Below are positions 56,238 through 64,000 of a stretch of DNA of 64,000 bases, one piece after another. The notes under the pieces are model-generated. The model did no database searches. It saw only the letters and a list, made by a program, of their open reading frames with translations, and was not told the origin of the DNA. The translations under genes and the position numbers were made by a program. This DNA comes from Saprolegnia diclina VS20. Lineage: Eukaryota. The DNA lies in the NCBI RefSeq assembly GCF_000281045.1, contig NW_008246071.1:571315-635314 (forward strand). Direction: 5' to 3'. How positions within the stretch are numbered: position 1 is the stretch's first letter; each line of letters opens with the position of its first letter.

Positions 56238-58016
56238 TTACGTGACTGGCTCGGACATCACCGCCGTCGTACTCGCTTCGGTGATGGCCTCTATGGCCAC
56301 TTGTGTCACAAGAGGCTCCTTGAGGCTCCTGGGCACCACGGGCGTCGCTTCGACGGCGGGGCGAGAGCTCTCTTGAGTGCGCATGTGCTCTTGGAGCACC
56401 GCAATGCATTCGTTGCAGCGGCGCACATGGTCGTTTGCTACGTTGCCGGCAGATGCTACGTCGGACGCGATGGCCTCTGCGTGAGCCGCCACCGCGCCGG
56501 CATCAGCGTCGTTTCGGAGCTCGTGCGCCACGAGGTAGGCGCGCACCCAGAGACTGCACGCCCACATGGCCACACTGACGTTTTTGGCGGTCGTTGGGTC
56601 CAGCATCGGGTCGTTTGCGAGCGCAAGCACCTCGGCAATCACCGCACACTCTCCTTCGAGCACGCAGACAAAATCAAAGCCAACGAGTTCGTGGGCAAAG
56701 TGCGGATTCGAAAAGAGCTTGCGCTTGGCGATCTCCCAGTAGTCCAGTGTCGGCGCTGGATTCGGCGCAAGACCCAGTATCAGTACCACGCACTGCATGA
56801 CGACGGCGCAGACCCGTGGCGGTCGGCTGAACGACTTGAGCTCGTTCACGTCGTTTTTCGTAAGTGACAAGAGTGCATTGGCCGACGCGTTGACCGCGGC
56901 TTCAAGCTGCAATCGCTTCGCCTGCCCCAATGAGCTCGTCGGCTCACAGGATGCTGCTGGCGTAGGCTGGGACGCGACGACGTCGATGGCTTCGTCCAGA
57001 GCCGTTCGTCCCGCGGTGTTGCGCCGTGTCACGTCGGCGTCGGCAAGCAGGAGCAATCGCACCATGTCAACGTTGCCAGCGCGGCACGCCACGTGGAGCG
57101 GCGTGTCCCCGCCGACCATCGGCGCGTTGACGTCAGCCCCGCGCCCGAGCAAAAAGTCACCGACCAGCGGTGAGTTCATGTCGGCGGCGATGCCCAGCGG
57201 CGTGAACGTCGATGTCATCAAGTCGACGTTGGGCGAGAGCGCGAGTACGTCGACGATACCGTGCAGGTCACCGTCTTGGCACGCGTGTCGCGCGACACCG
57301 ACAAGGAGGATCCCGGCAATGAGCTGGCGGACGCGGTCGTTAAGCCCGTCAAAGCCCAATGGCATCGCCTCGATCGCGGCAAAGATCGCTGCTTTGTCGT
57401 CCGGATTGAAGGCCTCGGCGCGGCGCGCATCGAGGTGCTCGACCGACTGCAAGACAGCGTGGCGGTTCTCGCGCAACTGGACGCGGTACAGCGTCCACTG
57501 TTCCGTGGGCATGGCCAGCGCCACGCTCGCCTCGGCCTGAATGGAGGCGTAGAGCTCCCAGAGGCACCACGCGCGCGAGAGCGGGATTGGGTCCAAGAGT
57601 GGTGAAAACACCAACACGACCTTGCCAATGGCGCGAATGGCCGACACAAACGTCGTTGACCACCACGTGTGCGGGCGGCTCGGCGCGTTGTGCTGGTCGA
57701 CGACGAGCAAGTCGAGCCAAAAGTACGGGTACTCGCCGCCTTCGGTGAGCGCGAATATCTCGATCGCTGCGACGAGGTCCACGAACGCGTACTTCCACGC
57801 ATGAGATACGAAGTGTGTCGCCGGTGCGACCGCTGGCGCCGCCAACGTCTCGGCAAACGATAGGTTGCGGCCCAGCGTCGCGGGCTTGACGACGCTTTCG
57901 CACACATCGCTGGTCGTCATCGACGGAGACAAGTGTCCTTGGGCGACGAGCTCATCCTTCCAAGCCACAAGGCTCGCCGCAGAGACGCCAAGCGATGGAA
58001 ACCCAGCGTCCGCCAT
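56238..58016 (-). CDS. HET/TIR-like domain + ankyrin repeats + dynein-stalk microtubule-binding-like domain; intronless
   Basis: ATHFVSHAW, YFWLDLLVVDQH, SRAWCLWELY; ankyrin FTPLGIAA, GDTPLHVAC, GRTALDEA; LTKNDVNELKSFSRPPRVCAVVMQCVVLIL..DYWEIAKRKL..F..L..FD..CSLWVRA. Confidence 0.82.
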   Translation of the reverse strand: MADAGFPSLGVSAASLVAWKDELVAQGHLSPSMTTSDVCESVVKPATLGRNLSFAETLAAPAVAPATHFVSHAWKYAFVDLVAAIEIFALTEGGEYPYFWLDLLVVDQHNAPSRPHTWWSTTFVSAIRAIGKVVLVFSPLLDPIPLSRAWCLWELYASIQAEASVALAMPTEQWTLYRVQLRENRHAVLQSVEHLDARRAEAFNPDDKAAIFAAIEAMPLGFDGLNDRVRQLIAGILLVGVARHACQDGDLHGIVDVLALSPNVDLMTSTFTPLGIAADMNSPLVGDFLLGRGADVNAPMVGGDTPLHVACRAGNVDMVRLLLLADADVTRRNTAGRTALDEAIDVVASQPTPAASCEPTSSLGQAKRLQLEAAVNASANALLSLTKNDVNELKSFSRPPRVCAVVMQCVVLILGLAPNPAPTLDYWEIAKRKLFSNPHFAHELVGFDFVCVLEGECAVIAEVLALANDPMLDPTTAKNVSVAMWACSLWVRAYLVAHELRNDADAGAVAAHAEAIASDVASAGNVANDHVRRCNECIAVLQEHMRTQESSRPAVEATPVVPRSLKEPLVTQVAIEAITEASTTAVMSEPVT

Positions 58017-58227
58017 CCCGAAACGGTTTGCCGCTGCCACGTCAATGGCATTAAATGTGGCGTGGCGCCATTTTTAGATCGCTGCATTGGAAGCACATAC
58101 AAATGACAAGTGTATGTTCTGGGTCAGATGGGTGCTTTTTATGGCGCGGATGACCTAGGTTGAGGCCAAAAAGTCCTAATTTGACGCACACCCGATTATT
58201 TCCGAAGAATACGCTGGACGCGGAGCG

Positions 58228-59845
58228 ATGGACGAGGCCAAGGCCGACGAGTACGCGGCCCAGCGCCGCCTCGACGAAGCCCACGGCCTGCGCGACGACT
58301 CTCTCATGCATCTCTCTTCGGCGGACGGTGGTGGCCACGCCGAGTCGGCCGACCACGACGGCCAGAACGTCGAGGACATGGAAGAGTTTGACGAAATGGA
58401 GTTTGTCGAGCTCAACCGCAAGATAGCCAAGCATACAAAGGGCGGCGAGAAGATGGGCAAGGTCATGAAGCCGCTTCGACCGTCCAAGTGCCCACTGACG
58501 AGCGAGATGAAGACGACGCGCGCAGCGTCACGCGTCATTGAGCGGCTCGGTATCGAGCGCGTCCAGGAGATTCAGACCGAGTACGCTGCGCTCAAGTCCA
58601 AGTTTGGCGAGCACGAGTACGAGAAGGCCAACACGATGATTCGCAACCTCATGGCCATGGGGCTAAGTCAAATTGAGATCCGGGGCATCCTCGGCGTCGG
58701 CGGCTATCGGCTCCAGCGACTGTACAGGTCCGTTTTGCCATCATCCACCTTGGTCTCACGCATTACATGTCGTAGCGCGCAGCTCACGAAACCACACGAA
58801 GGCCACTACATTAGCGACGCAACGATCCACGTGCCCGTCATCTCGACCATCCCCAACTTGTGCGACATTGTGCTCAAGAAGATGTCGTCGTTCCCGCAGT
58901 TGCTGGAGCGCATCACGTTCACGCCCATCAACCCGTCCGAGATCGACCCGCAAGACACGATGCTCATGAAGCTCCTCGAAGACTCGCAAGTGCTCCTCGG
59001 GGACCCGAAGGCGTGTCTCAAGGTCCTCCCCGTCGCGCGCAATCTCAAGTGGATGCAGTCGACATTTGCCGGCGTCGACGCGCTCTTGCACCAAGAGAAG
59101 CGCAACTTTGCCCTCACGCGCGCCGGCGGTATCATGGGCGTGCACATGGCACAATATGTCCTCGGGTAAGACGTCGTCCTGCATGCCTCCTATATCATTT
59201 TGCTGCAGGTGGATCATTGCCAAGGAGCGCCATTTCATGCACGCTGTGCAGTTCCAGGCCAAGCGCGAGTTTCGGCCGCTCGAGATGCGGTACCGGCACT
59301 TCAAGGAGGTGACGGTCGGCATCCTCGGCTTTGGCGACATTGGCATGGCGATCGGGAAGCTCGTGTTCAACGCCGGTTTCCGCGTCGTGGGCCTCAAGCG
59401 GGACATTGCGCACCACGCGGGCATCGACTGCGGCATTGACGTCTCGGAGAACTTGGAGTACGTCTTATCCCGCGCCGACTATGTAATCAACGTGCTCCCG
59501 AGCACGCAGGCGACGCGGCACTGCCTCTCGGGCGACGTGCTCCGGGTGTGTGCCAAGAAGAAGGCGTGCTTTATCAACGTCGGGCGCGGCGACGTCATTG
59601 ACGAAGCGTCGCTTGTGAACGCGTTCAAGCGCAAGTGGCTCTCGAGCGCGGTCTTGGATGTATTTGCTGTCGAGCCGCTCCCAATTGACTCGGTGCTCTG
59701 GACCCACCCGCTCGTGACGATCACGCCGCATGTCGCGGCGCTCAGCATGGCCGAGGACGTCGCGGATGTGTTTTTGAAAAACCTCTGGCTCTACCTCTCC
59801 AACTCGACGCTGAGCTACTTGGTCGAGTGGGAGCGCGGGTACTAG
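58228..59845 (+). CDS. D-2-hydroxyacid dehydrogenase (GhrA/DDH-like) with acidic and putative HTH N-terminal extension
   Basis: WMQSTFAGVD, MAQYVLG|W, GILGFGDIG, VLPSTQAT, FINVGRG, LDVFAVEPLP, ITPHVAA, VEWERGY*; N-terminal part in frame from ATG 58228. Confidence 0.85.
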
Positions 59846-59891
59846 GACTCATATCTGCAGCGTAATTGGAGCGTGTATTTGTGCAGCACAT

Positions 59892-60630
59892 TTACGCCAT
59901 CGACTTCATGCATTTCGAGCCCAGCGATGTGATCATCTTGCGGCCGTACGGGATGTAGCTCGCCGAGTACCTACATGGAGTCCTTTGCAGGTTTGTGGAT
60001 CAAGAAGCGCGTACCACACAGCAGCGCCAAACTGGACCAGCACCAAAAGAAGAATGAGCAGTCCAAGGTTTGGTGCCTAGACCGTCGAAATACTTGGAAT
60101 CAACGCCAGATGCCAGACGCGAGTACCAGAATTGCGAGTACGAGGACGAGCACGATCATGCTGATGTAAATAGCGGCAGCAATACGACGCACGGGCTTCA
60201 TCATGAGCTTCACTTGCTGCGCCGGACCCACGAGAAAGCCCGACCTACAGAATGGTCATTCGTCGTGCTCGTTGCCGCGCGTCATCGTCCATACCCGCAA
60301 AGCGCAATGATGTTGCCGAGCGAGTAGAGAATACCAAACTTGGCGCCGTTGCGCGACCCAGCCAAGAGCGCAAACGTCGACTAGGTTCACGCAGAAGCAT
60401 GAGGCGACAGGTATCGAGCCAAGCGGCCGTACGACAAAGCTAATGACGTAGCCAAGGCCAAAGCAGATACCAAAGCCGATCATGCGCTGCTTCTTGGTGA
60501 GCTTTTGGCAGCCGCAGCCGGCCTCTTCCATGGCCGAGTCGCTTGCGGTCGTGCCCGGGACCTTGATGTTGGCGACGGCCGTCACGGCGCTCGACGACGT
60601 CCCGCCCAGCATGATGCGCACGCGGTCCAT
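59892..60630 (-). CDS. SFT2: Got1/Sft2-family vesicle transport protein; multi-exon
   Basis: LTKKQRMIGFGICFGLG, KFGILYSLGNI, FLVGPAQQVKLMMKPVRRIAA, W|YSASYIPYGR. Confidence 0.88.
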
Positions 60631-61056
60631 GATACCGGAACGGAAATGTAAATTTGGGTCGCTGGGTTGTTTTGGCTGTTTCAACCTCCAGCCCATTTGA
60701 TTCGTAGAAATGCACTGCAATTCAACCAATCTCAACGCTCTGATAGACTTGCAGGCAAGCGATTGGTGCGTTTGGCCACGTCGAGCTTCAAAGCTCTGAA
60801 TGCACGCACATCTTGACCCTCCCGTTCGGTCTAAGGAGGGCTGTGTTGTCCTTATACTCGTCATATAGCGCCCTCTCTCACTCTAAAATACGTCCTATTG
60901 AGCACTCCAGTCTTATGGGCTTTTGCATTGAGCAATGTGTCCTTGACCAACCACGTTCCTTGCTTGAATGGCGTGCGTTTAGCCAGATGGAATTGCACCA
61001 TGATTGGCCATAATCTTAGGATATGCTAGGGGATTGCCCAATCCGCCGCCAGCTCC

Positions 61057-61615
61057 ATGGGCATCTACGGCGTCGGCGTCGACCTGGTCAAGACCGCGCG
61101 GCTGCGCCAGTCCTACTGCGCATACGGCGACCGCTTCCTGAAGCGGTATCTGCACCCCAAGGAGATTGCCCACTTCATGACGCTGCTCGCGGACGACTCT
61201 GCGCAGGGCGTGACCAACCAGACCCAGTTCCTCGCCTCACGGTAACGTCCTGTGCCACGGTCGCGCCGCCTGCCACTCGCATTTTCGGTAGGTGGGCCGT
61301 CAAGGAGGCGACGCTCAAGGCCTTCAAGTCCTGGCGCATCCTCTTTCCTGAGGTCTACGTGGACAAGCAATGTGCCGCCGTGCCGCCTCACGTCGCCGCC
61401 ACGTCAGGACTTCCGCCGCGCAAGGCGTCACCGGTCGTGCCCGTCCTTACGTTTGACGGTACAACCCACTCGCTCGCGTCGGCGCTGGCCATTCAGGTAG
61501 ACACTACAGTATTGTCTGCTAGTCTTGTATATATATATGTTTATGGTAGCACACGCACGTGACGATTTCGCACGACGGCGACTACACGGTGGCGACGGTC
61601 GTCTTGGAGACTTAG
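61057..61615 (+). CDS. acpS: Holo-[acyl-carrier-protein] synthase (AcpS-type phosphopantetheinyl transferase); 3 exons
   Basis: GIYGVGVDLV, FLASR|WAVKEATLKA, HVTISHDGDYTVATVVLE. Confidence 0.9.
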
Positions 61616-64000
61616 AACGACATCTTGCGGCCCAGCCCGTCGTAATGCGCGTGAATGAAGCTCATGATCGCATCGAGCGCCGCGAGGTGGACGAGCGCCG
61701 ACGTATCTTCCGCCGCGTTGGCAAACAGCGCGGTATGCGCCGCCTGCGCGTGGGCTTCCGAGAGCCGTCGGAAGGTTTGGAGCGCGTCGCTCATATTGGT
61801 GGCCGCACAGAAAGTCGTTTTGAACCAGACGCAGACGTTGCGCTCGTCGGCAGCCGCAAGCGCACGCTCATACCGGGCCATGTCGTGGGCGACCATGCCT
61901 TCCCACTCAATGTAGCGGCCGACGCGCTTGACAAAGTCGACGCGGCCATGCGTGAGCTTGGCGTTATCGAGCGCCACACAGTCGATGAGGAGGAACATGG
62001 AGGCTTGCCACCGCTTGGCGTGCTTCTCCATGTAGGCCGCGAACGCATCGCCTTGGGCCAACGTCGTTGGCGGCGGCACCCAGTGCGCAATCGAGTCGAG
62101 CAGATGGCACTGCTCCTGGAGGAGCTCTTGCTGCAGGAGCGGGCTCGACACTTCTTGCTCCACGTGGTACGTAAAGACTTGCCAAATCGAAAGCAGGAGT
62201 GGGAGGCCCGTGCTAAGGAGCGGGTCGTCTTTCGCCGAGGCAAAGTGCGCATCGGCCCACGGGCCGGCCTCTTCGACGTCGGGAGCGAGCAAATTCGAAA
62301 TGAATTCGTGCACGACGGTCGGGTGCTGCCGCTGGAGCTGGTACGTCACGACGTTGAGGAGGATCGAGAGCAGAAGGAGCTTGTTCTGGAGCTCGAGGTT
62401 CGCGCGCGCATTGTCGGATGCTTCGTCGACCACGATGACCTTCATCTGCGCCAGGAACGTAAACATGCGCTGGAGCTGCAGGTACCCCTTGTCGCCAAGC
62501 AGCTGCGTCTGGATCGGCGTCGTGCCGCTCGGCTTGGTCACGACGATTGTCTGCGGCGCCGAGAGCGACATGAACGCGAGGTTGACGCTAATGGGCTTGG
62601 CCAAGCCAGGAACGTCGACCTCGACGTAGAGCATGCTCGGACGGCGCGGCGCGGTCGGCGACTCGGCGAGCGCAATGTCCTTGTAGACGGCGTGGGCCGT
62701 CAAGTACGCCTTGGCTGTCTCGATGCTGATGCTGCCGCGTGCCAGCATGTAGGCTATCGTATCAAGCAAGTATCAACAAAGATTCCTTTGACAAAGCACA
62801 TGGCGTACCGCAGAGCTCGGTCACGAGTTCGTTGGGCGCGCCGGCCGCGACAGCAATGTTGCGCGCGTGCAGTGCCATGTGCCCCTGGTTGATGCCCGTG
62901 ATGGCAAGGGCACGGACGGCGGCAAAGTTTTGGGCAAGGCCGACGCTGACAAGGATGCCCGCCAGCGCCTGTGCCGAGGGACGACCGAGAATCGCATGCG
63001 TCGCCGCGTACCCTGGGTGCGTCTGGAGCGCGCCGCCTTTCGAGCCGACCGACATGGGCAGCTCGAGCGTCCCGACAAGCTTGTCGCCGACGATCGCGTA
63101 CTTGGTCAAGCTCGTGTACTGGCCGTGGCGAGACGCATAGCAGTGCGCGGCAGCCTCGATCGCGCGCCAGTCCTGACCGGTCGCAACAGCGGCAGCGTCA
63201 ATGCCGTTGAGAATGCCCTTGTTGTTGGTCACCGCCCGGAACGGGTCGTTGATCGCAAAGTCGTTGGCTTCGACGATGCGGCTGGCGACCGTCATGCCCG
63301 CCGCACCCTTCCAGCCCAACGACGCAATCGGGATCGAGAACGACGACCGCGCGCGCCGCGCGACGCAGAGGTTTGTGAGGATGCGCAGGCCGGCGCGGGA
63401 GTGCGTAATGCGCGCAACCTCGGCCGAGAGACCTTCGGCGATCGTGTTGACAATGTTGGCGCCCATGGCCTCGCACACATCGACGTCAATGTGCACGACG
63501 AGCGTCGCCGCGTCACCGCTCGGGCGTACGACGAGCTCGTCATCGTAGCCCGCGTACCAGCCAAAGGCCGTCGACGGCGCCAACGGCGAGACCTCGCGCG
63601 CGTAGACGTGGAGCACGCCGCCACCACGGCGCTTCATGTTGGCGCACAAGTTGGTGTTGGCATAGTCGACGAGGTAGTCGCGGTGCGACGCGATCGCCGC
63701 AATCGCCGCGGGCACGTCCGCCGTGTCGAGCAGCTGGATCTGCGACGTCATAATGTTGCCCGATGTCTCGGTGTGGAAGCCGCCACCGTAGGCCGCAATG
63801 AGCTTGGCGGCACTGGACGCGGCCGCGACGACCGACGGCTCTTCGACGGCCATGGGCACCGAGAGGCTGCGGCCGTCAATCACAAAGTTGAGCCCAAGAC
63901 TACGAAGCAATCCACCATGAGTTGCAAAGATATAGAGCGTAAAATAGTGTACCCGAGCGGGATACCAAGGACGCCAATGCAGTTTTCGATCATGAGGTTG
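61612..64000 (-). CDS. Class II (bacterial-type) HMG-CoA reductase with a C-terminal extension of about 380 aa; 5' end outside the window
   Basis: IENCIG..IPLG|LGLNFVIDG, EEPSVVAAAS, DVCEAMGANIVNT, DPFRAVTNNKGILNGIDA, TGQDWRAIEA, GLAQNFAA, GHMALHARNIA; intron near 62750-62808 joins the 61612-62769 frame. Confidence 0.9.

Overview
Gene-dense, GC-rich eukaryotic DNA with short GT-AG introns. Gene content (ricin-B-fused GH3, Crinkler-like genes, LpxD, class II HMG-CoA reductase, an expanded multi-TM family) suggests an oomycete, probably Saprolegniales; this is an inference. About 30 protein-coding genes are supported, with one 120-N assembly gap and no recognisable rRNA, tRNA, CRISPR array or intact transposon. 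The standout is an intronless 1276-aa gene (33991-37821) fusing a motif-complete CobB/CbiA cobyrinate a,c-diamide synthase, a Cys-rich BtuF-like binding domain, a Kelch propeller and a C-terminal DUF5522-like Cys knuckle: a candidate one-protein corrinoid (B12) salvage or remodelling module in a eukaryote. Other unusual architectures are a HET/TIR-like + ankyrin + dynein microtubule-binding-domain protein, a class II HMG-CoA reductase with a long helical tail whose stop overlaps that of acpS, and an HTH-fused 2-hydroxyacid dehydrogenase. There is also a Crinkler-like cluster and several non-coding hairpins. Exon boundaries were read by eye, and domain names come from motif recognition, not database searches.
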